DNA from: Candidatus Bathyarchaeota archaeon
GTDB lineage: Archaea; Thermoproteota; Bathyarchaeia; Bathyarchaeales; Bathycorpusculaceae
Assembly: GCA_963815095.1 (NCBI GenBank)
Contig: CAWFFH010000008.1
Span: 48,986-112,985, forward strand
Direction: 5' to 3'
DNA: 64,000 nucleotides
Shown: piece by piece, positions 45,924 through 56,864 of the stretch
How the letters are laid out: each line of letters starts with the position of its first letter
Position numbering within the stretch: the first letter of the stretch is position 1
Notes under the pieces: model-generated
The model's input: the letters and a program-made list of their open reading frames with translations, nothing else
The model's database searches: none
What the model was told of the DNA's origin: nothing
Program-made: the position numbers and the translations under genes

Positions 45924-48134
45924 ATGAAGAAAAAAATATCCTTACTAGCTATTTCGTTCTTAACTATCATTACATTGGTTATTTCAATGAACGCCCTCAA
46001 TGTGGCATCAGCGACCGTAATCTTAAGTGATAATTTCCATAGCGGCAATTTGGATGCTTGGAGCCAATTCCAACCACCGACCACGCTTGCTATAAGTAGT
46101 GCGGTCACAAACAACGGTGAACCTTACAGTGTGGAGGTTACAATTTCCGCAGGTTCAGATAACAATATAGCTTATCAACCGTTACCCCAAGTTACAAATC
46201 CAATACATTTCAGAGAGTACGTTTACATAAGTTCTATAGCAACACCTTCGACTAGTGGCGATTACTATCAAGTTGGCGGCTTTTCTAGCAGTGGCGGCGC
46301 AAACAATGGTGATGGAGAATTAATAGTGACTAATGTCGATGGAACACTCTATTGGGGAATGTTCTATCGTGACGCTACTGGTGGCATCAATCCCTTAGGT
46401 TTTAGCAGGGTAATAAGCTCTACTAATACTACAGGAAATGCACGACCAGTTACAGTTGGATGGACTTGTTTGGAGTTAGAACAAACTACTGGAACTGCAG
46501 GACAGCAAAACGGTATAGAAAAATTATATGTGAATGGACAACTAATTGCAGAGATAACAAATGCGTTAAATGGTGATAGAACTCCGTATAATGCGGTTAT
46601 CGGTGGAAGCCAAACTGTCACTAGCCTAGTCGGTGGCACATTGAAATATTATCTTGCAGACGTAATTGTCAGCGATAGTTACATAGGATTAAATCAAAAC
46701 GCCTTAACTTTAATTACTAACGCAGGCACAGTGACTCCATCTAACGGCTCATCTTACGCTCAAGGTCAAGAAGTAACAATTACTGCAACTCCACCAACGA
46801 CTGTAGCGGGTGAACGGTACATTTTTACTGGTTGGACTGGTTCTGGTATTGGCAGTTATTCAGGACCTAATAATCCTGCTATAGTTACGATGAACAGCCC
46901 AATTACTGAAACAGCCACGTGGGAACATCAGTATCAGTTAACTATAGTTTCTCCTCAGGGTACCGTTACTGGCAACAATACTTGGTATGACGTTGGTACT
47001 ACTGCGACTGCTACGCTCGATAGCGGCACTGTTGCTGGTTCCACTGGAACTCAATATATCTTTGCAGGTTGGACTGGTGGCGCTTCAGGTTCTGCTTTAA
47101 CCTCTAATCCGATTACTATGAGTGGACCTATGACTGCTACAGCGAGTTGGACAACTCAGTATTTCTTGACTACAACTACAACTCATGGTACTGTTACAGG
47201 TTCAGGCTGGTACAATGCTGGCACCTCTGCAACAGCGACATTGAATGCTTTAACTTCACCTGGAACAAGCGGTGTCCAGTACGCTTTTACTAACTGGGCC
47301 ACTGACGCATCAGGTACTGCTTTAACCTCAAATGCCATAACTATGAACGCCCCCAAGACAGCTTCAACTGTTTGGCAGACACAATACAACTTGACCTTAA
47401 CGCAAACTGGCGTAGGTTCTGATTTCACAGGCGACTTGATTATCGTGAATGGAAATGCTTACAATGCAAGTGGTTACTCAACTTGGGCAAATGCAAACTC
47501 AGGATACACATTTAGCTACGCACCTACAGCGACTGTTAGCGATACTACGACAAGATACCTGATTACCGGAGTAACCGGCAACACCACTGCAACATCCATA
47601 ACTGTTGCAGCGCCCACAACTGTAACCGCAACCTATTCAACACAATACTACTTGACTGTCACCTCACAATACGATTCCCCTTCACCGACAAGCCAATGGT
47701 ACGATAACAACACAAGCATAACCGCTTATGTTTCATCTCCTGCCTCTGGATACACTTGTTCAGGTTGGTCAGGTACTGGCAGTGTTCCATCTTCTGGTAG
47801 CTCATCAGTCACGACGTTTGCGATCACTGCTCCTTCGACTATTACTTGGAATTGGTATGACGCTTCAGCTACCCCCAAACCGACTCCAACCGCCGCACCA
47901 ACACCTACCACTCATTCAACAGCAACACCAACTCCTACTCCTACACATACACCAAGTTCAAGCCCTACACCTACTGCAACAGCAAAACCCACCACTGTCT
48001 CGCCAACTCCAAAGACAGAAACAGGTCAAGACTTAACCCTTGCCTACGGAATAGGTATTGTAGTAGTGATTGCAATCTTGGCCGCAGTCGGATTCCTGCT
48101 CTTTAGGAGAACAAAAGCAAAGAAGCTCTCTTAA
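45924..48134 (+). CDS. Membrane-anchored surface protein: jelly-roll-like N domain, beta-rich repeats, P/T linker, C-terminal TM and basic tail
   Basis: Signal peptide; repeated WY..G..A....Y.F.GW.G...I.M..P.T..A.W..QY; TPTP linker; FRRTKAKK. Confidence 0.8.
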   Translation: MKKKISLLAISFLTIITLVISMNALNVASATVILSDNFHSGNLDAWSQFQPPTTLAISSAVTNNGEPYSVEVTISAGSDNNIAYQPLPQVTNPIHFREYVYISSIATPSTSGDYYQVGGFSSSGGANNGDGELIVTNVDGTLYWGMFYRDATGGINPLGFSRVISSTNTTGNARPVTVGWTCLELEQTTGTAGQQNGIEKLYVNGQLIAEITNALNGDRTPYNAVIGGSQTVTSLVGGTLKYYLADVIVSDSYIGLNQNALTLITNAGTVTPSNGSSYAQGQEVTITATPPTTVAGERYIFTGWTGSGIGSYSGPNNPAIVTMNSPITETATWEHQYQLTIVSPQGTVTGNNTWYDVGTTATATLDSGTVAGSTGTQYIFAGWTGGASGSALTSNPITMSGPMTATASWTTQYFLTTTTTHGTVTGSGWYNAGTSATATLNALTSPGTSGVQYAFTNWATDASGTALTSNAITMNAPKTASTVWQTQYNLTLTQTGVGSDFTGDLIIVNGNAYNASGYSTWANANSGYTFSYAPTATVSDTTTRYLITGVTGNTTATSITVAAPTTVTATYSTQYYLTVTSQYDSPSPTSQWYDNNTSITAYVSSPASGYTCSGWSGTGSVPSSGSSSVTTFAITAPSTITWNWYDASATPKPTPTAAPTPTTHSTATPTPTPTHTPSSSPTPTATAKPTTVSPTPKTETGQDLTLAYGIGIVVVIAILAAVGFLLFRRTKAKKLS

Positions 48135-48136
48135 AA

Positions 48137-48163
48137 CCCCTTTTTCCCTTTTTATTTTATTTT
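48137..48163 (+). terminator. Archaeal T-rich terminator
   Basis: cccctttttccctttttattttatttt immediately after the stop codon. Confidence 0.55.
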
Positions 48164-48286
48164 AGAACACTATTCCAAGCAGAACTATTTTTTTTGCTTT
48201 TTAAAATAAAAATAATTATAAAAAATATGTAGAACATAGATAGCAATTTTATGAATATTGCTCTTTTGAAGAAATCAACTTGGCGA

Positions 48287-49387
48287 TTAAATTTCGTGAG
48301 TCTTTATAATTTGTCGAAATCTGTATAATAAAGCCATTATTTCTTTCACGAATAAGTTTGAAATAGAACTTTTGTTAAATGTAAATTTTACTCGAGAAAA
48401 ACGTGTAACATTCCAAGTTTTCATATAAGGCAGATTTGTAAGAAAGTCGATTTTTTCGTTTTCTCTTTTGTTAAATTGTTCTGCTATTATTTCTTGTTGA
48501 ACAAATAACCCAGGACTAAGGTGCCTATATTTCTCAACGAAAGAAGTCTTGGCAAAAAATGCAGTTCCTCTGTATTCTATAATTAACTGGTATGCAATTG
48601 CTTGATTGTTAAGCTCCAGAAACCAGACTTTACACTTAAAATTGGGATTGGTGTTAGCTGCGGAAAGTGATGCATCCCAAATCCACTGCAAATCTTTGTC
48701 AATTGTGCTTCCAGTATTTAATCGCCAATTTTCTTTCCAACTCTTTTTCTCAATTATCATCATTTTGTCATATGCCATTTGGGCATTTTGTAAGTTGTCA
48801 ATAATTATGGTTTTCCAGTCACCTGCTTCGTCTAGATTTCTGGATATGCGTCTAAATTTTTTGTTGAATTGAGCTCTTTGGGTTTTCTCGTACTCAGCAG
48901 AAGAATTTTGAACAAGAATTACACAATGGCTAATTGTGTCTATGATTTGTTTTGTAAATAATAGCTTATAATCTTTGTAAATATTTTCTAAAATGGATAA
49001 GTTTTGTGATTCAACGGGAAAATCCAGATCTATTAGTTTGCACTGCATTTTTTTAACGATAATGTGCAGAAAAATGCGTAGAACCTCTTCTCGGTACTCA
49101 TCAGCAACAACAAAGTCTGGAGAAACATAATAGGGCAAAAGAAAGTTTGCACTCCGAGAAACTAAATTTTTTCTTAATAATAATGGTGCTAACCCTACAA
49201 TTTTTTTGTTAACACTGCTTACTAAAATCACTGGTATAGTGTCTTGGCTATAAACTTGCATGTAGTTCTCGATAAATGGATAAAGATTAAAGGGATTTCT
49301 GCCATAGCTACTTAAAAAAATGTCTAAGTCCTTTTTAATTTTGCTCAATTCACTCGCGTTTGTAAGTATTTTTGTTACTATTTTCAT
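48287..49387 (-). CDS. CelD/BcsL-like GNAT (Acetyltransf_6)
   Basis: VGLAPL, IEKKSWK, TSF...Y...SPG, IDFL....Y.K.W. Confidence 0.75.
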   Translation of the reverse strand: MKIVTKILTNASELSKIKKDLDIFLSSYGRNPFNLYPFIENYMQVYSQDTIPVILVSSVNKKIVGLAPLLLRKNLVSRSANFLLPYYVSPDFVVADEYREEVLRIFLHIIVKKMQCKLIDLDFPVESQNLSILENIYKDYKLLFTKQIIDTISHCVILVQNSSAEYEKTQRAQFNKKFRRISRNLDEAGDWKTIIIDNLQNAQMAYDKMMIIEKKSWKENWRLNTGSTIDKDLQWIWDASLSAANTNPNFKCKVWFLELNNQAIAYQLIIEYRGTAFFAKTSFVEKYRHLSPGLFVQQEIIAEQFNKRENEKIDFLTNLPYMKTWNVTRFSRVKFTFNKSSISNLFVKEIMALLYRFRQIIKTHEI

Positions 49388-49427
49388 TTGGTAGTTGCAC
49401 CGCTAGCTGATGCTTTTTCAGGATCGT

Positions 49428-50600
49428 TTATTTTTTGCAAATTTGATTCTCTTCCTGCTCTCTAAACTCTCTTTTAGAAAGCCGTTGACTCAAGTGAGCA
49501 TAAAGCGGAGTTTTTACGGCTTTATTAATTAAGGGTCCCAGAAGTTGATCATGGCATTTAACAAAAGAATATGTTTTTTCTGGTTTACAACCTCGGTCAT
49601 ACTTTACTTTTTCAGCTTTGCTCCGGTAATATATTTTTTTTATTTTTTCTTCAATAGCCCATTGAATGGGAACATAGTAACATAAGTTGAAATATGTGAA
49701 GTCTGTTTTTGATTGAACCTCATATTTGAAACCCGTTAGCCACCCATCGAGAATGTTTCCCTGCCGTAAAAGCAAGGAAAATCCTATAACTTCGTTGTTC
49801 TTCTTTGCAATGAATAGTTTTGTCTTGTTTTTTGCTTGTCCGCTTAGCGTGTTAAAGAAAGAATTGTTAAAGATGGGTTTTACATTTTTATCGTATTTTG
49901 AAATGAGATTTGACGTTAGCTCAGCTAAGTTTTCTGAGTGATCTTCTAATTCTTGTTCTTCTATTGTGACACCGTTTTCCTTAAATTTTTTTATTTCTCT
50001 TCTAATGTTTTCCCTAGTTTTGTTTTTTAGGGATTTTAGGTAATCTTCGAAACTTGACCATTGAATGTCAAGATAGAGTGAAGTAGTCCCTGCCGATTTG
50101 AGGTAATTTAAATTTTGAAGATTATCCATCAAAAGTCGATCGAACTCTGAAACGAAAAGAAAAGAGCTGAACAAAATTCTCTCTTTCTTACAAATTGTAT
50201 CTATCTCTTTGGCTAACAGATTTAAAATGTTTTTTTTCTCTGGATTTTCTTCGATTAGAACTTTGCTGCGACTGCAAAATGGTGAGTAGCAAACTAACAC
50301 GTTATTTTGGCAATAACCTCTATGATGGCCAATAACCAATAATTTCTGTAATAAAGGCATGATATACCGCACTTGGGGTCCATACTGAAAAAAATAAGAT
50401 AGCTCTACAAAGCAAGGTGCAACTGCAATCACTTTGTCCTCGTCAAAAACCGCTAAGTAGAAAGGCGATATGTGAAATGATTGTTGGGTTTCAAGGGTTT
50501 TGAACCACTCGTAGGTAAAAAAACCATCTTCTGCAAGCGAATTTATTGAATCTCGCCCTATTGCATCTACCGATCGGAAAACTTTGCATTCTAAAGCCAT
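49428..50600 (-). CDS. FemAB-like GNAT, intact paralog of the 34006 and 35306 genes
   Basis: FFTYEWFKTLE, WSSFEDYLKSL...RENIRRE, FTYFNLCYY.PIQWAI, RGCKPE. Confidence 0.8.
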   Translation of the reverse strand: MALECKVFRSVDAIGRDSINSLAEDGFFTYEWFKTLETQQSFHISPFYLAVFDEDKVIAVAPCFVELSYFFQYGPQVRYIMPLLQKLLVIGHHRGYCQNNVLVCYSPFCSRSKVLIEENPEKKNILNLLAKEIDTICKKERILFSSFLFVSEFDRLLMDNLQNLNYLKSAGTTSLYLDIQWSSFEDYLKSLKNKTRENIRREIKKFKENGVTIEEQELEDHSENLAELTSNLISKYDKNVKPIFNNSFFNTLSGQAKNKTKLFIAKKNNEVIGFSLLLRQGNILDGWLTGFKYEVQSKTDFTYFNLCYYVPIQWAIEEKIKKIYYRSKAEKVKYDRGCKPEKTYSFVKCHDQLLGPLINKAVKTPLYAHLSQRLSKREFREQEENQICKK

Positions 50601-50630
50601 TTAGTAATCAAGCCCCATTGTGTTAACATG

Positions 50631-51776
50631 TTAGCTCAGTTTCTTTTGCCCGTGGGATCGTATTAAGAATCGATTGGGCAGTGTACTTGCTGCGTAGAGA
50701 TATGGTAAGGCTGGGTTGTTCGTGGTCCATTTATAGAGCTTGGCTTTAAGGGTTTTTTTCGGAATTCGGTATTCAAGGTTTCTTCGGATCTTCGTTCCCC
50801 AAAGTGATTTGTACGTTTCGTTTCCCCGCAGAAAGTCGAATTCCCTCAGTCCTTTTTCTATCCCATATTTTATGATGTATTTGAAGGTCAAATGACCTGG
50901 TCGATAATAGGAATATTCTGTATCGAATCCTGAGAGGTAGAAATACAGTTTTTTGTTGTATTCATAACAGTAAATGCATGAGACAGGCTCGTCGTTGAAA
51001 GTTAAGAAGAAGAGCGATAACCAACCTTTCTCTGCAAAGGCGTTTGCTACATCCAAATGAAAACTTCTGTTGGCGTTTTGTGCAAATATACCGGCTTCTC
51101 CTGTTTGTGTTTGGCGTTTTTGGTGAAGTTTAAAGAAAATGTTCATCGCTTCTTTGATGGTTCCTATTTTGTCGTACTTTATGAATTCAACTTTGTAATC
51201 TTTCTTGGCTTTGGTTTCGTATCTTTTTAAGCCGCTTCTCATTCCTTGGCCGAGAGTTTGAAGGAATAATTCATTGTTGTTTGGGAGTGTGACGTATGGG
51301 CAGGTGTTGATTACTGAGCGTTTGGTTTCCCCGTCGTTTATGTCGATGTTTTGAAGCAGTTTGGCGGTGTAGGAGTCTTCTGGGATATCTGTTAGGGTGA
51401 AAGAATCTGCATCTGTCAAGTCTTCCATGATGCTTTGGATTAAGGGGTTTACGGCTTGGGTTGCTTCTTGGTAGTTTGTTACTAGAAAAGTGTTGTAGTC
51501 TGAGTCTGGAGTAGCAGCGAATTCTGCTTTTCTGAGTTTTAAGCCTAACCTCCTGTATGATGAATACATAATGGGAGCAATAAGCGAAGTCGCGCCGTCA
51601 CGGCCGTTTGCTGTGAAGAGTTTTAATGTTCTTCCTTTTCCGAATTGTTTCCACCATAATGTGAGCCACTCGTACGTTAAGAACGGATTGTTGTCTAAAC
51701 TGTGCGAGAGAAGCTGATTCCAATCTGTTTCAAAATCGTTAAGTTGACTGATGTGTTGTAATTCCAGGATTGCCAT
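50631..51776 (-). CDS. CelD/BcsL-like GNAT (Acetyltransf_6)
   Basis: PFLTYEWL..WW..F, SDY, YLSGFD..Y..YRPG, FDFLRGNE.YK..W. Confidence 0.85.
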   Translation of the reverse strand: MAILELQHISQLNDFETDWNQLLSHSLDNNPFLTYEWLTLWWKQFGKGRTLKLFTANGRDGATSLIAPIMYSSYRRLGLKLRKAEFAATPDSDYNTFLVTNYQEATQAVNPLIQSIMEDLTDADSFTLTDIPEDSYTAKLLQNIDINDGETKRSVINTCPYVTLPNNNELFLQTLGQGMRSGLKRYETKAKKDYKVEFIKYDKIGTIKEAMNIFFKLHQKRQTQTGEAGIFAQNANRSFHLDVANAFAEKGWLSLFFLTFNDEPVSCIYCYEYNKKLYFYLSGFDTEYSYYRPGHLTFKYIIKYGIEKGLREFDFLRGNETYKSLWGTKIRRNLEYRIPKKTLKAKLYKWTTNNPALPYLYAASTLPNRFLIRSHGQKKLS

Positions 51777-52085
51777 GAATCATAGCATCTCGACATTTAA
51801 GACTTATGACTTATACGGCATAAAAGGGGTATTCCAATTTTAAGCAATATATCCAGAAAAAGTCGGGCGGAAAAACAATTGGGATCAATCAAGCTAAATT
51901 GGCTTCAATTAAGAGCATCTTAATATCGACTGCGTCTAAGTCAATTGCGGCCATTATTTTTGAAAATAGAATGCTTCTCATGAGATTAGCATAGGGCAAA
52001 ATCTTGCATCTTCAAAATCCAAATTCCCTCAAGCCATTCTTTTTCAGAATAATATATTAGTTAAAGTATCCATAGAGGTAACTTA

Positions 52086-52874
52086 ATGCTTAAGAACAAA
52101 AAAACCAAAGTTAACCAAGACATATTCACCGTGCTCATGATAGGAATAGCCCTCATAACTGGTGTAATCTTGGTAGTGCTCTCCGCACTAAATGACTCAG
52201 CATTTCTAGCTGTTCTGGGTGTTTCTATAGCTTTCTGGAGCATGTTGCTTTTATTCTTCACTCCTGCGAAACATGCGTTTCTCGACTTGTTGAAAGCTTC
52301 AGCAAGCGCAAACGCTAGCAACATTGAACGTTCCCTTTTGGAGTTCAATTTGACTGAAAAAGGAGTCTATTTACCCCCCCAAAACCTTCATAACTTCGAA
52401 TCTAGCCTGGTTTTTGTTCCGAAAAAACCTGGGACCGCTTTGCCTACATCCGATGAAACAGTTGATAAGTTGTTTAATGAAAAGAAAACTGGTTTGTTTT
52501 TTACTCCTCCAGGATTGGCGCTTTCATTGATGTTTGAAAAGGAACTTGGTTTGTCTTTTAGGAAAATTTCTCTTCCTCAGATGCAGGATGTGATCAAGAA
52601 GCTATTCTTGGATTTGAAATTTGCAGAGAATGCTCAAATTCGAATCCAAGACAATATAATAATCCTGGAAATAACGGGCAGCATATTCAACACGCTTTGT
52701 CACGAAACCAGAATAAACCAGCCTCTAACGCATGAGCAGGTTGGATGCATTTTAGCGAGTGCTTTCGCGTGTGCTTTTGCTAAAGCTTCAGACAAGCCTA
52801 TAATAATCCAAAAGGATACGTTGGATCCCGAGACAAAGACGCTCATAATAGAATATCGTATGGAAGAAATGTAG
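52086..52874 (+). CDS. Conserved archaeal membrane-anchored hypothetical protein
   Basis: Two N-terminal TMs, YLPP, TPPG..L, GCILASA.ACA.AK. Confidence 0.65.
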   Translation: MLKNKKTKVNQDIFTVLMIGIALITGVILVVLSALNDSAFLAVLGVSIAFWSMLLLFFTPAKHAFLDLLKASASANASNIERSLLEFNLTEKGVYLPPQNLHNFESSLVFVPKKPGTALPTSDETVDKLFNEKKTGLFFTPPGLALSLMFEKELGLSFRKISLPQMQDVIKKLFLDLKFAENAQIRIQDNIIILEITGSIFNTLCHETRINQPLTHEQVGCILASAFACAFAKASDKPIIIQKDTLDPETKTLIIEYRMEEM

Positions 52875-53075
52875 ATGTTGCTTCCTCCAATAACTATCCA
52901 AGATCTGATTATGCTTTTGGCTGTGAGTGCAGTTCTTTTGCTTGTTACTGCTGAGCTTGTTCCTTATGTTTTTGGGGAAAAGACTTTGGTTTCAGAGATA
53001 AAGAAGCTTCGGAATTTGGCGTTGGTGTTGGGTGTTTTGTTTGTGGTTACTGTTGCGGTAGATTTTTTGATGTAG
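52875..53075 (+). CDS. Small two-TM hypothetical protein
   Basis: Abuts the upstream stop; hydrophobic. Confidence 0.6.
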   Translation: MLLPPITIQDLIMLLAVSAVLLLVTAELVPYVFGEKTLVSEIKKLRNLALVLGVLFVVTVAVDFLM

Positions 53076-53239
53076 GTTTAAGTGTTTTAGAGTTTTAGAC
53101 TCAGTTTCCTTAATCGCTTTTTTTGTTTGTCGGCAATCCTGGAAATGTTAAAATGGTGAAGGTTTAGGCGTTTAAAACGGTGTCTTTTAATAGACATTAG
53201 CCCAATCTAAGTTAACAAATAAAATCAGAATGAGAAAAA

Positions 53240-56200
53240 ATGAAGAAACTCCAAATCTTAGTAATTGTCCTTTTCATTTCGATATCCATCTATGCGGTAG
53301 CAAATATTCCAATGGGTTCTGCTTTGACGCCTCAGATCAACTTAAATCCTAGTCGTGGTTTGGTGGGCGCCGTGGTTACCATTTCTGGAACCCAGTTTGC
53401 TTCCGACTCCGCTCTTACGGCAACTTTTGGAGGTTCAACCGTGACTCTGAGTGGTAATCCCACAACTAATCAAATAGGTACTATTCCTGGGGGTGTGACT
53501 TTTACTGTTCCTGCTTCTTCACCGGGCTCCCAAACAGTCCAGGTGACTGACGGCAGCGCCAACACCGCTTCAACAACGTTTACTGTAACTATTCCTTTGG
53601 CTGCTCCAACTATTTCTGCTTCGCATGGTTTATTGGATCAAGGTCAAACTTCAACTTTAACTTCAACTGTTGTTACGAGTGGTATCAGTCCATATAGTTA
53701 TCAGTGGCTTTCGGAGGCTCCGGGAGCGGGTTCTTTTTCGTCGATAGGCGGTGCAACTTCGACTAGTTACGACTTTGCTCCAAAGGTTTCAACTGCGGTG
53801 GGTGTTTGGAGTTTTGAGCTTCGAGTAACAGATTCAGCTTCAGCTGTGGTGACTTCGAATATTGCATCGGTTACGGTGAGTTCGGCTTTGGCTGCTCCAA
53901 CTGTGAGTGCGGCTCCTGGTTCGATTAATCAGGGTCAGACGAGCAGTTTGACTTCTTCAACTGTGACAACGGGTACATCGCCTTATACTTATCAGTGGCT
54001 GCAGAAGGCTCCTGGTGCGAGTATTTTTTCGTCGATTACTGGGGCTACTTCTTCCAGCTACAACTTTGCGACAACAGGTACCACTACTGTGGGTGCGTGG
54101 AGTTTTGAGCTGCAAGTAAGCGATGCAGCTGGATCGTCGGTTACTTCTGCTGCTGCATCTGTCACCGTGAACTCTGCTCCAACTGTTACTTTGTCACCTA
54201 CTTCTTGGACTATGGATGTGGGTCAAATTAAGCCGTTCACAGCATCTGCATCTGGTGGTTCGGGATCTTACTCATCTTATCAATGGTATGTGGATGGGGT
54301 TGCTCAGTCAGGCGCAACTACATCAAGCTTTAGTTTTATTCCTGGATCGGTTGGGTCTTACTCAATTACTGTGACTGTTAGAGACAGTTTAGGCACAACT
54401 TCAGCTCTATCGCTTGCTGCTTCTGTTAGTGTGGCTGCTTCTCCGACTGTAAGTGTTGCTCCTGTTGGTCCTTTGCCGATGGATGTTGGTCAGACTAAGA
54501 CGTTTACCGCGACTGCCGCGGGAGGTTCGGGTGTGATTCATTATCAGTGGTATTTGGGTGCCACAACGGTGGGCACTGATAGTTCGAGTTATACCTATAC
54601 TGCTTCGGGAACTTCAGCCTCCATCACTTGTAAGGTGACTGATAGTGCCTCTACTCCTGTTACTTCTAACCCTTCTAATGCCGTTGTTGTAACGGTGAGT
54701 TCAGCTTTGGTCGCTCCCTCTGTGAGTGCTGCTCCTGGTTCGGTTAGTCAGGGTCAGACGTGCAGTTTGTCTTCGTCCGCGGTGACAACGGGCAGTTCGC
54801 CATATGCGTATCAGTGGCTCTCGAAAGCTCCTGGTGCAGGTTCTTTTTCGTCAATTACTGGCGCTACTTCGTCAAGTTACAGCTTTGCGACAGCAGGCTC
54901 CACTGCAGTTGGCGCGTGGAGTTTTGAGCTTCAAGTAACCGATGCTGCAGGCGCCCAGATAACTTCTGCTGCCGCCTCCGTTACAGTGAATGCTGCACCC
55001 ATGGACCACTTTGTGTTTAGTTCTGTAAGTTCTCAAACTGCGGGGACATCGTTTAGCATAACTGTTACCGCAAAAGACGCATTTGGCAACACGGCGGTAG
55101 GTTATGTTGGTACGCCATCTTTGAGTTATTCTGCCGGTTCAATTAGTCCAACTGTTATGCCTGCTTTTGTTGCTGGGGTTGGGACGGTTTCGGTTTCGGT
55201 TACTGTGGCTGGTTTGGGCGTTTCCATAACTGCAACTGACGGCGCGCATTCTGGAGCAAGTAACTCATTTACGGTTAATGCAGGTGCTGCCACACGCTTG
55301 GTGGTTTCAAGTGGGACTTCCCAGGTTGCCGGTACACCTTTTTCTGTAACGGTTACGGCTAAAGATGCGAATGGAAATACAGCCACGGGTTATGCTCGGT
55401 ACGGTTCATTTCAGCTCTTCGGATTCTGGGACTGGTGTCAGTTTACCAAGCAACTATGCGTTCAAATCGGGAGATCTTGGCACTCACACCTTTACTAGCG
55501 CCGTTACTTTGATGAGCGTTGGGACTCAATCCGTTACAGCCACTGACACGGCAACAAGTTCGATTAGTGGTTCTCAAGCTGGCATAGTGTTGAAGGTTTC
55601 TTCTGGGATTCACTTTGTGGTTACTGGCTTTCCCGATCCGGCAACAGCTGGTTCTGCTGGCACTGTTACGGTAACTGTCAAAGACCAATTTGGTAACGTT
55701 TATTCTGGCTATACGGGTACAGTCAAGATTACTTCCACTGACAGCTCAGCAGTTTTGCCCGCTAATGCTGCTCTTACGAGTGGTGTGGGTTCTTTTGGTG
55801 TTACTTTGAAGACTGCTGGTTCTCAGTCAATCGTTGCTACTGACACGGCGAATAGTGCAATCAATGGTTCTCAGACTGGTTTGACTGTGAATCCGGCTGC
55901 CTTGGATCATTTTGCATTTTCTTTCGTTGGGGATCAGACTGCTGGTTCTGCTTTTAGCGTTACGGTTATTGCCAAGGATAAGTCTGAGAATAACGTTACT
56001 GCCTATGTTGGTACGCCGTCTCTGACGGTTTCCGCTGGGGCCATTAGTCCTAGTGTTATGGGTGCTTTCGTTAATGGTGTAGGGTCAGCTTCAGTTACTG
56101 TGGATACGGCGGGTTCAAGCATTACTATTACAGCTACTGATGGTAGTGCTTCTGGGGTCAGTAACTCGTTTGCTGTGACAAATTCTCCTACCACAGCACC

Positions 56201-56771
56201 TACTCCAGCACCAACGCCAGCTCCCTATTCAACACCAACTCCAACGTCTACTTCTAAATCTACGGCGACGCCAACTCCAACAGCGAAGCCCACACCTACT
56301 CCAACTCCATTAGCACCTCTGCCGGTGAAGACCGATAGCGGCTCAACAGTAGAGTTTGCAATCAAAGGAAACATAACCTCCTCACAAATATCCAACGCTA
56401 AAATCACGTCAAACCAATCCGCCTCAACAACCACCTTGTCTTTCACCCTAACAGGAGCCAGCGCATCAACAGGCTTTAGCAACATAACTATACCAAAAAC
56501 TAATGTACCCTACGGATCAACCCCGCTCATATCCATAGATGGCCAGCAGGCTCCAAGTCAGGGCTACACGCAAGACGCCAACAACTTCTATGTTTGGTAC
56601 ACAACGCATTTCAGTACCCATCAAGTGGCAATACAGTTTGAGGGGGCATCTTCCAAGTCGCAATCAACAATTTTGCCGTTGCTTGCTGTTGGTTTAACTG
56701 TTCCCGAAATCGTTGTGCTCTATGTAGTAATTGCTGTCCGACGTCTAAAACGAAAACCTGAAAATGCTTAA
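53240..56771 (+). CDS. Giant Ser/Thr-rich surface protein with Ig-like repeats and C-terminal TM anchor (one frameshift ~55395)
   Basis: Signal peptide, TIG-like first domain, 3 x QGQT..YQWL..APGA..WSFEL repeats, AG..F..TVTAKD repeats, PT linker, YVWYTTHFSTH domain, TM plus RRLKRK. Confidence 0.8.
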
Positions 56772-56864
56772 GAGGTCATGAAAGTTTAGTTCATTTATCT
56801 TTGCATGTTTTTGGGGACGAAAATGATATTAATCTTAAGTCACAAGAGTTGAGTGAGTATTAAT

